Source: Vairimorpha necatrix
Lineage: Eukaryota
Direction of reading: 5' to 3'
DNA length: 64,000 nucleotides
NCBI GenBank assembly: GCA_036630325.1
Contig: CP142734.1
Span: 434,001 to 498,000, forward strand
This document shows, one piece after another, positions 1 to 12,021 of this stretch. Under the pieces are notes generated by a model. The model worked only from the letters and a program-made list of their open reading frames with translations. It did not search any database and was not told the DNA's origin. The stretch's first letter is position 1. Each line of letters starts with the position of its first letter. The position numbers and the translations under genes are program-made.

Positions 1-1191
1 CCAATTTACTTGATGTATGCTATAAGTAAAGGTTGGATTTCCAGCTCTCTGATGTACTTTATGTGATATTTGGTCACCACTATCGCATGTAATTGCATAA
101 AAAACTAGTCCTTTGCGAGATTTATGTATTATTCCAGTTAATTTGCAAAAGGTCACAATTTCTTAGTTTATTATTCTCGACTCTAGTAAGTCTGACCTGG
201 TTGGTTATATTAATTCATATTTGAGAATATAAATGTTTTAAAAAATTATTATTGTTTAACTTGTTAAAAATGTACCAACTAAACTTTGTATTAATAATTA
301 AATTTAATCATGAAGAACGTTTGTTACCTTCATACAAGCGAATAAACTATACTTACCGTATGTCTTTTAAATCTTCTTATCTGCAGTTGTGTTAATTTTC
401 GCAAATGAAATATGCCATTTCTCTTTTTTAATGTATATTTATTATCTAATATTTATCGCCTTGTCCATGCTATTTGTTATGAATAGATATACTTATCAAT
501 AATCATGGATTATCTTTAATTAGCACGTCGAAAGCGGAAACTTGACCTTGACTTTTCACAATAATATTTTTTATTTTATTGAAGCTATTATTGGGTTTAT
601 ATTCTTCTTCAATTTACCTTCACTACTGCGCAATTTATCTGGTCCCCCCCCCCTTATAGCTACCTCTACTATTTTCATAGTTCCAGATCCTCTTTCTTCG
701 AGTCCCTATCGGTGTTAAAAGTAGATGCTCTCTAGTGTATTCTTTATAATTATCATTTGGATGTAAGATTTAGTAATTTTCGATTGATGGCATATATATA
801 ATTGCTGTGGTATTTTGTCACAATTCCGTCCGTGTATGACGTATGGTATTATTTGAACTTTACATTTGTACATTAGGGTCAATGATTTGCTAAGATATCG
901 TACTTCCTGAGTTTTTTGCTGTTCTACTTTCTGTATATTATCCTGGAGGTTATTCCTATTTCGATTAGCGTAAAAATAATTTAATATATCTATAAATAAA
1001 ATAATATTTAGAAAAAAAGTAAAATTGTTAATTTCATGATATAATATACAAATGTTGTTATTAATTATGTGGTTTTATTTTTTATTTGCACATATTACAA
1101 TTTTTAAAATTCATTAAACTGTCATAATACGCTTAAAAAATACAATATAGCAATTAAATTGCTGGTTTATAATGAATTATACTTCAAAACT

Positions 1192-3447
1192 TTAATAATT
1201 TTTTATTAGAACTTTTATCAAATCTTCATTTATTATTATTCCATCTTTCCCATTATACATTTCTAATATATCTCGTTTACTCAATATTGTTTGTATAATT
1301 CTAAGGGATTTTTTAAAATTTTCTCTCTTAGATACATTATTTTCCATTGCATATATGAAATATTGTGCTATAATTTTAGGTAAATCTTTACTTGCCTTAT
1401 CCTCTAATACTTTCTTTACTTTTATTGCTACATCAAACTTAAAACTTTTTTCTAATTCGATTCTAAAATCATTTATTAGCTCTTCATTTATTATTGTCCT
1501 GAACATTGAAAATATATAATTATAAAATATAACTTCAAAGATGTTTCTTGCTTTTTTTATTACATATCTATCAATAAAAATTTCAATTTCTTTTATCCCT
1601 TCTGTTATTAATTTATTTTCAAAATTAAGTCTTTTTTCTTCATCCAATAGATTTTCTATATCTACATTTAATGCCTCTTCTAAAATTTCATTTAATCTTT
1701 CTTTCAAATTGGTGTTTTGTAATATTTTTACTAGTTTTTTTGTTTCAAATTCAGTTTCTTGCCTTTTCCCCCGAAAATACTTATCTTCCTCATTGTTTCT
1801 TAATAATTTTAATTTAATATTTCCAAATTTGTCTTTTAATTTATTTTTATCTAATCCCCTTGCTTCAATAAATTCTTCTCTATTATATTGTTTTTTAAAG
1901 TCTTTAATTATCAGATCTGAATTTTCTCGAAACAATCCTGCTATATTACAAAGTTCTCTCATTATCTGATTATTGTATTTAATAATATTATCAATATGTC
2001 TACTTATGAATTCTTGTATTATCATCGCAAAGCTAATATCTTCGGTTAAACTATTTTTTAATTTTACTAAAATTCCAATTTCTTTAATGTTTTGAAATAT
2101 GTGATCATTGCTAACATCGCTTTCTTTGATAAACCTCTCTGTTTCAATAAGTAAACAAATTTTAATTGTATAAAACTCTAAACGATCGTTTATCGATGAA
2201 CATTTAAATAGACCATTTATAGACTTATTGATTATTTCTTCAATTTCGTTTTCTACATCTTCCTCTATGTTAAATATTATATTTGCATCACTTGTTGTTA
2301 TTACTTTCGCGGATAACAATAAATGTACACATAGTAAATTTATTGGAGATCTTCCTTTTGTTAATATTCTCCTCAAAAGATAGTCAATCTTGTTATTTTT
2401 CAATAATAATCTATAAAACATTTCAACGCCTCTACAATTTTCAACATTTTTTATCGATGATATATTTTCCATAATCTTTTGAAATTCTAATAAATATTTT
2501 TCATTTAAATCATTTTGTTTATCACACAAACACTTTTTACTATCGGAATGATAAACATATTCCCCCGAACTGTGTTTAAAGATAATTTTTTTGGGTTTGA
2601 GCTCGGCTTTAAAATATGGATACATGATTTCAATAATATTAGATGTGCATTCGAGCTCAAATTGTATATAAAAGGCCTTAAACAAAACATTATAACTAAT
2701 TTTGAATAAACATAGTAGTTTTCTTAATATTTCTTCGTCAAATTTATTATTAAGTTTTATATTAGTATCGCTCAATGAATAAAATTTATCCACATCAAGT
2801 TCTCCGATATTTAACTCAAATAAATGATAAACATCGACAAAAGGAATGTTTAATCTAATACAAAATTCATCTTTTTCTGCCTTATAATGAGTATGAACGC
2901 TAAATACACCAAAATTATTATCATTATTACTAGTATTAGGTTTTAATTCGTATAAAATTCTATTTAAATAACTATCATTTTCACATATATTTTCATAATA
3001 AATATCCCAACCTTTCTTTTTTATCCTTCTCTCGTTATTTATAATTGTAATATTTTTTATAACTTCTTTCATGGTAAGGCAAACCCCGAAATTTAATGCA
3101 CTGTATGTTAAAACTATAGAATAATTATCTAAGCATTTATAAAAACTTCTTACATTTAATTCTATAGATTCAATAATATCACTTATGGATTTATTATCAT
3201 AATGGATAATAGATATGTAAGTATTGTTATTATCTATATTAATTAAGTTTTCTTCTGTATAAAACAGTATAGTTTTATTCCTAGTATTAAAAAATAAAGA
3301 TACTTTTGTAAAGTGGCTAGAATTCTGTAGTATTGTATAATCCCTGTTTATAATTTTGTTTAATATCATATTATTAATTATATCAAAAACTTCATGAGGA
3401 CTTGTCTGAACGAATAAAATGACGTTTATTAATAAAACGATATTCAT
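1192..3447 (-). CDS. Lineage-specific 751-aa hypothetical protein with possible N-terminal signal peptide
   Basis: Long intact ORF. TGCCCAT lies immediately upstream of the ATG (CCC motif). Hydrophobic N-terminus. A disrupted paralog lies at ~6290-16022. Confidence 0.85.
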   Translation of the reverse strand: MNIVLLINVILFVQTSPHEVFDIINNMILNKIINRDYTILQNSSHFTKVSLFFNTRNKTILFYTEENLINIDNNNTYISIIHYDNKSISDIIESIELNVRSFYKCLDNYSIVLTYSALNFGVCLTMKEVIKNITIINNERRIKKKGWDIYYENICENDSYLNRILYELKPNTSNNDNNFGVFSVHTHYKAEKDEFCIRLNIPFVDVYHLFELNIGELDVDKFYSLSDTNIKLNNKFDEEILRKLLCLFKISYNVLFKAFYIQFELECTSNIIEIMYPYFKAELKPKKIIFKHSSGEYVYHSDSKKCLCDKQNDLNEKYLLEFQKIMENISSIKNVENCRGVEMFYRLLLKNNKIDYLLRRILTKGRSPINLLCVHLLLSAKVITTSDANIIFNIEEDVENEIEEIINKSINGLFKCSSINDRLEFYTIKICLLIETERFIKESDVSNDHIFQNIKEIGILVKLKNSLTEDISFAMIIQEFISRHIDNIIKYNNQIMRELCNIAGLFRENSDLIIKDFKKQYNREEFIEARGLDKNKLKDKFGNIKLKLLRNNEEDKYFRGKRQETEFETKKLVKILQNTNLKERLNEILEEALNVDIENLLDEEKRLNFENKLITEGIKEIEIFIDRYVIKKARNIFEVIFYNYIFSMFRTIINEELINDFRIELEKSFKFDVAIKVKKVLEDKASKDLPKIIAQYFIYAMENNVSKRENFKKSLRIIQTILSKRDILEMYNGKDGIIINEDLIKVLIKNY

Positions 3448-4929
3448 ATGGGCATCAAATTCAAAATATATTTAATAAAAACATTTTTTATTATTTTTTC
3501 TTATAAACTTTTTTATTTTAGATTAATCAGTAAATAAAATTCTTACAACGACTGGATTGTTGAATGACAGACAAAAATGGCAGTTCATTATATATTTTCT
3601 GTTGAGGATTGATAAATTATAATATACATCATAGACTTTCTGAAATATAAGTTATCAACAGTTGAAGCTTTGTCTGTTTAAAATTAATAACAGTGATAAT
3701 TAATTATATACGTAAAAAAAGTTAATTATAATTTCTTAATTTACTTAACAGTATAAAAACAATATTATATTGATATAATATTTTAGAATATCATTATGAC
3801 TATATGTTAACTTAAAAACTCAACTATGCTTGACAAGACTCAAAACGTTATAATATATATATATATATGTATTGTATGCAAATACTCCTAAAAACTCTCT
3901 TTAAAGAGTTTTAGTTATCTATTCCAGAACTGAATATAACCGAAAATAACCTTTATGTATATTGTCAAATAGATTTGTTTTTTAAAAAAAATTTAAAGAC
4001 ATAATTTCTGGAACGAAAACATCGGTTTATATAACAAAAAATATTTAAAGAAACGACACGTCGAATATATTACATCAATGACCCAGTATATTTGACATGT
4101 TGTAGCACTTCCTACATTAATAATAATATTGATAACTGCATAAAAGTAGTGTTAATAGGCTGTTGTTGGTGTTTCTTGTTATTTATTTTTATATAAACGA
4201 CATTACTTATTGGGGACAATAATTAACTTTTAGAACTTACATCTTTGCTTTTTCCATACTTCGAATACTTTTAAAACCAGCCAATTTTATTCTTATTTTC
4301 ATTTTTATTATATCTCTTTTATTGTATATAGTTTATGGACTACTGGTATTCATGGTAACATATTGTTTTACAAGTGTTTTAAGGGTTTCACAATAGATTA
4401 GTTTATACCACTTATTATTCAAATTCATTATTTTCAATTTTTAATCAGCTAAAATCTTTAAAGCGGCTCTCGTTTCATTTATTTTTGATTCTAAAATATA
4501 GAAGACGGCCGTTTTTTATAACTCTATTATTGATGTTTTTTAGTTAATACCGATTTATGGAGTTAATAAGTGTTCAATGTATCGGCTTTAAAAAATTCGT
4601 TTGTTGTATTTATTTTTTTAAAATGGACAATCTTAGGTAAAAAATAAATGAAATGATCAGGGAATAGCTTAATTATTAAATGTTCATTAAATTTTATATT
4701 ATACTTACTAGAAGAGTTTGGTAACAAATGATTTTTTTTGATTGTAAATTAGACGAAAACATTGATTACATACATTAGGAATCAGTAAAATATTTGTTAA
4801 TTATTGAGATTATTAAGAAATTTTTGGCAAAATTGTGATTATTTTTAGATAAAAGTTCCAAAGGTCTTATAAATACTTATTTCTTCACATTATAGGAAAT
4901 AAAAAAAATGAATTTAATTAGGGTATGCG

Positions 4930-5390
4930 TATGCAGTTTATACTTCTAATTTAACAAGGATAGGTTTTGCGTTGACGTCTCCTGCTTGTAGGTAGCTTCC
5001 GACTCCATAGTTCTTTTCACGTCGGCTTCGTCTCTTTCTTTGGGTAGTCAAGAGAAATGCTTTCTAGCGTATTCTTTAGCGTGATCATTCGAATGCACGC
5101 TTTTACTTTCATAGGGATTTCGAGTCTTGTGATATAAGATTTATGAAACCTATTCACTCTACCGTCCCAAGTGACTACGTAGAAATTATTAATGCTTTAA
5201 AACCATATATTAAGCCAAAATCATTCGCAAGGACATCATACTTTCTTAACTTATCACATCATCGGGAAGTACTATATATATTTAAGTGTTTATACGTTTT
5301 GCTTCTTCTAAACCTCTAAAAATTCGGAAAGAGAGTAGAGCACATAACGTATTCACTGCTTGAAAGTTCTTTTTAAGTCCATGTCTTCTT
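4930..5390 (-). mobile_element. Degenerate 3' fragment of an RLE-type non-LTR retrotransposon
   Basis: Minus-strand peptides KYDVLAN, WDGRVNRFH and CIRMITLKNTLESISLDY parallel KYDLLAN, WDGIVTNFH and AYIQS.VLKMTLESLT of the element at 61765-62508. Boundaries are approximate. Confidence 0.6.
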
Positions 5391-7276
5391 TTTAACTATG
5401 TAATTTTTTTTTATATTATATATTTGATTAATTTTGAATTAAGCTAGTTTTCTCTATTTTTTTACTATAAATTTGCGCTTGACAAAAAAATTTTTATTGT
5501 AAAAAATAACAAAGTATATCTACTAAAGTTTTTATACATAAGAAATACTTCTTAATATTGTATATCAATCATTATCTACATAAAACAAATGGGTTGAAAA
5601 AAAAAATCAAAACTAATATTTAACGTGCGATAATGTGTTATGATGTGTAAGTGTGGTACCCTCTAGTGAGGGAGCCAAAACGAAAATATTGCTCCAACAG
5701 GGAGCGGATGTAAGTTTGTTTTTTAAATGATTTATTAGGGGGTGGAACTCATCTTTGTGGTTCCTATGTTGGCTTTGTTGTAATTAATATAATCTTGTTT
5801 ATTATCATTTTGTCGTACCCTTCTTTGAATATTTTTTTAATTATAAAAAATAATTTCTAGAAAATTCATTTTTGTTAAATATTAAGATAAATAAAAAATA
5901 GAATAAATGTAAAAATTATGTGGTAGGATACCACAGTAAGATAGATATATGGGAATATAGATATTATTTTTGAACAAAATAAATGAATATTTTTTATGTA
6001 TATTTCATAGTGATGAAAAGTAGTCTTTAAGTAAAACAATATAACTCATTGACTCCGACTTTTTAAAATTATAGAAATAATAAAGGGCGAACTAAGATTA
6101 TAAGATCATCAATTATCATCCCCATATATATATATATGGTTAATAATATATTTTTTTTAGCATATATTTAGAAATTTGATTTCAAAACAAAGTCTTACTT
6201 TCTGCATGGACAATTTAGTAAAAGATAAAAAAATAATAAATATTATCACACGCTGTTTATTTGTTTTTAAATTTAATTTAAGAATAAGATTTTATTTGTA
6301 ATAATAATCTTCTAACATTTTTATTGCGGACTCGTGGAACTTTATTTCTTCTCAAATATTGAAAAAATCTATTAAATCTTTTTCATTTTATAATATTTGA
6401 ATAACTTTTAGGTTTTTTTTCATATTCTTCAATTTTATCTAGATCATTTTTAACTTTATGTTCAAGTAGTTGTGTAAAAGTTTTATATAATTCATTCTTT
6501 TGACATTTTCTACGTTTTTTCATAAAAATACGACAGTCTTGTATTTTAAATCTTCCATTAAATCGTTTTTATAGTCTTTTATGAGATGTTCATTGATGTA
6601 CATATTGAGCATAATATTCTTTTTATTTATAAATATTTGCTCTATACCGTTTATTCCTTTTCTTATTAATTTTTTTTGAAATTAATTATTTCATTTTTAT
6701 CAAATACATTCTTAAATTCTGCATTTTTAGCTTCTCCAGTTGTAGTATGAAATAATACCGACAAAACCGAATATTGTAGAATTAATTCTATTTGCCTCGT
6801 ATATATTTCTATTTGTTTTCTTATTATTTCATGTTTTCTATCTATCTCAACAGCTTCTAACAAATTTTGATTTATTATTTGTAAATTTTTTTTACCTCAT
6901 CTTTATCCGATTCATGAATTTCAATAAACTCATCTCTATAACATTGTTTTTGTTTCATCACACAATTAAAAATGTTATTATATCCTGCAAATAAAAGGCA
7001 GAAATTACACAAATCTTTCATAACTTTCATTTTGTATTCTAAAATTGTTATAATGTGTCTACATAGCATTTATTGTATTATTATAGCAATACTGATGCCT
7101 AGTCTTTGATCATATAAATTAGAAATAGAAATATTTCTTTCTTTGATTAAATTTGCAATGTCTTTAAATTTTTAAATACTGAATTATAACTTACACCATT
7201 GCCATTAATAAATTCTTCTGCTTCTATGAGCAAGCAAACCTTATTAAATGTAGGGTTTAGAACCCTTTATAAATAA

Positions 7277-10200
7277 ATGGTTAACATGGCGAACACAAGG
7301 ATGAACAGGGAAACAAGAGAGTCCCGTAGTCAAGAGGCTAGAACATTAGAGAAAGAGGCAATTAGGATAGATAAGAGACTAAAGTTAATATTGAAAGTTG
7401 AGAAAGTTGAGTGGAAAGATGTTATGGATTTGGCATCTGCGAACTTGCAGGATTATATTTTTGAAAATTTTTGTGACGGAAGGAGCAGTTGGGAGGAAAT
7501 TTATAAAGGCTTACAAAAAGGAGCAGAATTTGAGAGAGAGTCAGAAGAAAGACAAGAAATGATTAAAGAGATTATGGATAAAGTGTTGAAAGAGTTTAGG
7601 GAAGAAAGAAAAGAAAATCTTAGGATGTATAGGAAAAGAAGAGAAATCAGAGAAACTACAAAATGTTTTATATGTAAGAAAGAAGGGCATTACGCTAGAG
7701 AATGTCATGAAAGTGTAGCTGGTAGGGAAAAATATAAAATTAAAAAGGAACAAGTTTTACAGAAAGAACCAATTATCAACAATGAAGGGAAAAGATGTAA
7801 AACAGTAAATAAGTTAGAAAATTTAATTGAAAAGTATCCGGAAGTTTTTAAAGAATCAGAAGAAAAGATAAAATATCTCACAGGAGAGAAGTGTCCAATA
7901 AATACTAAGCAAGGTGAAAAGGTTGTGAAAAGAGGGCAGAATGTGCCATACTACCTTAGGGTGAAATTTGAGGAGTACTTGAATAAGTTGGAAAATAGAG
8001 GGGTTATAAGACGTTCCAAAAGTGAGTGGAGGAGTCCAATAAGAGCACTTGAAAAACCAAATGGGGACGTAAGATTGGTAAGCAATTTGATGGCGTTAAA
8101 CGATTTGGTTGACAAGGACCCGTACTCACTACCGTTAATTAAGGATATTATGAGAGCCACACAGGGGTCAAAAGTATTTACGGTTATCGACTTAAAAGAA
8201 GGGTTTTATCATATTGAGATTGAGGAGCACCATAAGCACAAAACAGCATTTGAAGTGAATGGTCGAGTATACGAATGGAATAGTATGGTTATGGGGTTTA
8301 AGAATTCGCCTCATATAATGCAGAGAGTAATGAACAGAGTTTTAGATGAATTCAGAGGTAAAGGCGTAAAAGTATATATGGATGATATAGTTATTCATGG
8401 TAAAGACGTAAGAGTGCATGACGAGTTACTAGAGAGGGTAATTAAAAAGTTTAAAGAGTGTGGGTTGAGAATAAACCAAACAAAGATACAATACAAAAAA
8501 GATGAGGTGATGTTGCTGGGAGTAACAATTAATGGGGAGGTCATGGGACCGAATGAGATTAAAAAGCAGGAGACATTGGAATATAGAAAACCTGAGAATG
8601 TTAGAGAGTTAAGAAGATTTTTAGGACTAACTGGTTGGTTTAGAGACTTTATTCCCAACTATGCGTATAGAACAGTAAGGCTTACTGAGGCTTTAAAGAA
8701 AGATGTTAAGTGGAATTGGACGGAGGATATGGAAAGAGCTTTTGAGGATATGAAGCAAGGCTTGAGAGATATGAAAAAGTTGAAGATTCCGGACGGAAAA
8801 AAGCTATTTAGAGTAAGAACTGATGCGTGTGATACGGGGATCGGAGCAATTCTATTACAAGAAAATAAAGAGGGTGAGTGGATTCCGATACAATGGGCAT
8901 CGAAAATGTTGACTCCTACCGAGCGAAGATATACGATAAGTGAGAAAAAGATGTTGGCAATGTTTTTTGGAATAAAGAAGTTTGAAAGTGATTTGAGAGG
9001 AAGGAAATTTCATTTGATGACGGATCATAAAGCATTAGCAGAGATCAGAAATAAGCCATACTTCAATAATAACAGAATAAACAGATGGGTAGAACAGATA
9101 CAAGAGTTTGACTTTACAATAGAGTATGTGAAAGGGGAGTTGATGACAGATGCAGATGCGTTAAGTAGGCAGTATGATCAGGTAGAAGTTTCGGATGAAC
9201 AAAAAGAAAAGGACAACAAGAGAAAAGAAGTGATCGAAAAACAAATTTTGGGGAAAAAGCAGAAACATATTAAAGAAAAGGACGGTAAACAGTATTGGGA
9301 ATTTTCCACAGGTGAGGTGAAAGAGATATTGAGCCTAGATAGTAGAGAACATGAAATAACAAGAGTACATGAGGAGTTAAACCATAGAGGTGTCAAAGGC
9401 ACTTATTATAACATTAAACAAAGATGGTATTGGCCTGGTATGAAAGATCATATTAATAAGGTAATTAAGAATTGTGAAATATGTGGGATTAACAATAGGA
9501 AAAACACAGGAGGATGTGATTTCGTAGTAACTAGAAAGAAATTGGAGAAAGTGGCGTTGGATTTAATGGACATAGGTGGAGAGAATAGGTATGTGTTACT
9601 GGGTATTGATTACTTTACTAGAAGGTTGTGGGGTTCGAATTTGAGATGTAAAGAGAGTAGTGAAGTTATAGAAGTATTACAAAAGTGGATAAGGGAAGAT
9701 GGATTTCCAGAGGAATATGTGACAGACAACGGAAAAGAGTTTGTAAGTAATAGATTTAAAGAATGGTGTAGTATTAATGATATTAAACATAGGAAAGTGG
9801 GCTTAGAAGCTCATAGGAGTAATGGTAGAATCGAGAGATGCATCAGAACTATAAGAGAGACATTGATAAAGCAAAATGATGGGAATATTTCTGAAAAGAT
9901 AGAAAGAGCAATCAAAGGATATAATAATACACTACATACAGCAATAAAATGTACGCCGATGGAAGCGTGGAGAGATCAAACTGCTGAAGTTATAATTGAA
10001 AATGATGAAAATGGAAAATATGCTGGTCGGTTTAAGAGAAGACACAGAGAGACATTTACAGTAGGCCAAGAGGTAAGAATCGCTAGGAGAGAAAATTTAG
10101 GTACACGTGCGAAAACAGACAAGGGAAGATTTACGGGTCGCGGAAGGATCGTAGCTATAAGTGAAAATGATTCATATATTGTGAGACTACTGGATGGTAA

Positions 10201-10297
10201 AATTGTTAAAAAGAGGCATTATGATTTGAAAGAGATAAGGAAGAGTTGTTTAGAAGATGGAGAGACTACCCGTCTGGAGGGGGGATGTAGGGTTTAG
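7277..10297 (+). CDS. Gag-Pol polyprotein (short Gag, CCHC knuckle, RT, RNase H, integrase; no recognisable protease)
   Basis: CFICKKEGHYAREC; IDLKEGFYHI; YMDD; TDACDTGIGA and TDHKAL; integrase H..H..CEIC, LDLMD, TDNGKEF, NGRIER. RT-RH-IN order is that of Ty3/Gypsy. Confidence 0.95.
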   Translation: MVNMANTRMNRETRESRSQEARTLEKEAIRIDKRLKLILKVEKVEWKDVMDLASANLQDYIFENFCDGRSSWEEIYKGLQKGAEFERESEERQEMIKEIMDKVLKEFREERKENLRMYRKRREIRETTKCFICKKEGHYARECHESVAGREKYKIKKEQVLQKEPIINNEGKRCKTVNKLENLIEKYPEVFKESEEKIKYLTGEKCPINTKQGEKVVKRGQNVPYYLRVKFEEYLNKLENRGVIRRSKSEWRSPIRALEKPNGDVRLVSNLMALNDLVDKDPYSLPLIKDIMRATQGSKVFTVIDLKEGFYHIEIEEHHKHKTAFEVNGRVYEWNSMVMGFKNSPHIMQRVMNRVLDEFRGKGVKVYMDDIVIHGKDVRVHDELLERVIKKFKECGLRINQTKIQYKKDEVMLLGVTINGEVMGPNEIKKQETLEYRKPENVRELRRFLGLTGWFRDFIPNYAYRTVRLTEALKKDVKWNWTEDMERAFEDMKQGLRDMKKLKIPDGKKLFRVRTDACDTGIGAILLQENKEGEWIPIQWASKMLTPTERRYTISEKKMLAMFFGIKKFESDLRGRKFHLMTDHKALAEIRNKPYFNNNRINRWVEQIQEFDFTIEYVKGELMTDADALSRQYDQVEVSDEQKEKDNKRKEVIEKQILGKKQKHIKEKDGKQYWEFSTGEVKEILSLDSREHEITRVHEELNHRGVKGTYYNIKQRWYWPGMKDHINKVIKNCEICGINNRKNTGGCDFVVTRKKLEKVALDLMDIGGENRYVLLGIDYFTRRLWGSNLRCKESSEVIEVLQKWIREDGFPEEYVTDNGKEFVSNRFKEWCSINDIKHRKVGLEAHRSNGRIERCIRTIRETLIKQNDGNISEKIERAIKGYNNTLHTAIKCTPMEAWRDQTAEVIIENDENGKYAGRFKRRHRETFTVGQEVRIARRENLGTRAKTDKGRFTGRGRIVAISENDSYIVRLLDGKIVKKRHYDLKEIRKSCLEDGETTRLEGGCRV

Positions 10298-11295
10298 AAC
10301 CCTTAATAAATAAATGGTTAACATGAAATAACAAGAGTACATGAGGAGTTAAACCATAGAGGTGTCAAAGGCACTTATTATAACATTAAACAAAGATGGT
10401 ATTGGCCTGGTATGAAAGATCATATTAATAAGGTAATTAAGAATTGTGAAATATGTGGGATTAACAATAGGAAAAACACAGGAGGATGTGATTTCGTAGT
10501 AACTAGAAAGAAATTGGAGAAAGTGGCGTTGGATTTAATGGACATAGGTGGAGAGAATAGGTATGTGTTACTGGGTATTGATTACTTTACTAGAAGGTTG
10601 TGGGGTTCGAATTTGAGATGTAAAGAGAGTAGTGAAGTTATAGAGGTATTACAAAAGTGGATAAGGGAAGATGGATTTCCAGAGGAATATGTGACAGACA
10701 ACGGAAAAGAGTTTGTAAGTAATAGATTTAAAGAATGGTGTAGTATTAATGATATTAAACATAGGAAAGTGGGCTTAGAAGCTCATAGGAGTAATGGTAG
10801 AATCGAGAGATGCATCAGAACTATAAGAGAGACATTGATAAAGCAAAATGATGGGAATATTTCTGAAAAGATAGAAAGAGCAATCAAAGGATATAATAAT
10901 ACACTACATACAGCAATAAAATGTACGCCGATGGAAGCGTGGAGAGATCAAACTGCTGAAGTTATAATTGAAAATGATGAAAATGGAAAATATGCTGGTC
11001 GGTTTAAGAGAAGACACAGAGAGACATTTACAGTAGGCCAAGAGGTAAGAATCGCTAGGAGAGAAAATTTAGGTACACGTGCGAAAACAGACAAGGGAAG
11101 ATTTACGGGTCGCGGAAGGATCGTAGCTATAAGTGAAAATGATTCATATATTGTGAGACTACTGGATGGTAAAATTGTTAAAAAGAGGCATTATGATTTG
11201 AAAGAGATAAGGAAGAGTTGTTTAGAAGATGGAGAGACTACCCGTCTGGAGGGGGGATGTAGGGTTTAGAACCCTTAATAAATAAATGGTTAACA
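9352..11295 (+). repeat. 972-bp tandem duplication (integrase + PPT + LTR): 9352-10323 repeated at 10324-11295
   Basis: Near-identical sequence. One visible difference, A9673 vs G10645. ORF 10412-11269 equals the C-terminal 285 aa of the polyprotein. Confidence 0.95.
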
Positions 11296-12021
11296 TTAAA
11301 TAAAATTCGAATTTCATGTAAATATTGGTTTTAGTTATTAGTATATTTATAATGCGTTTAAAAATTACTTCTATTTTATTTAACCTATCCATTTCTTTTC
11401 CAGTTATTATAAGTAAATCATTTATGTCTATTATTTTCTCGTATAATTATAAATGTGCAAATAAGATATTTATGGGCAATCCAGGTTTATTAAGAATTCT
11501 AATTATGAGAGTTTTTAGACAGTCTTTTCTCAATATGAATTTGAAAAACATTTCAATTCCTTTACACTCTATATGTTCACTTATTGTATGTATTGCTCTT
11601 AAAAGTTCTTTAAATTTGCCAATACAATTATCATCACCATATATTTCATTTTAAATTTTTCTGGATTATTTCCGAAAACTTGTTCAAGTGTTACTTTATT
11701 TGATTAAATCTCAAGTTAAAAATATGGTTTCACAATTTCTATAATTTTATGTGTACATTTTAACTTAAATGGACATTAAATGTCTTGATTAAAACATTAT
11801 CGCTTATTTGAAACAAATAAGTAATTTACTAAGAATTTTTTCTTCACATTCATTATTCAGTTTAATATTTGTATTTTTTAATGAATAAAATTTGTCTACA
11901 TTAAATTCTTCGATATTTAATTCAAATAAATAGAAATTACTTTTCAGATTAAAATGATATCTAATGCAAAATTCAGAAATTACATTTTTATAATGAGGTT
12001 GAACTACAAATATATTCAGAT

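Larger units (their letters stand above)
7249..11295 (+). mobile_element. Ty3/Gypsy LTR retrotransposon A with 38-bp LTRs (three LTR copies) and a duplicated 3' part
   Basis: TG..CA LTRs at 7249-7286, 10286-10323 and 11258-11295. TSD TTAAA at 7244-7248 and 11296-11300. PBS-like TGGCGAACAC follows the 5' LTR. PPT GGAGGGGGGA precedes the 3' LTRs. Confidence 0.95.

Noticed and set aside
1-960. Possible decayed retroelement (also ~20900-22150, 31630-32200, 36890-37600, 41030-41550)
   Set aside because: Slightly GC-richer with isolated motif-like words, but not enough ordered motifs or boundaries to call by eye.
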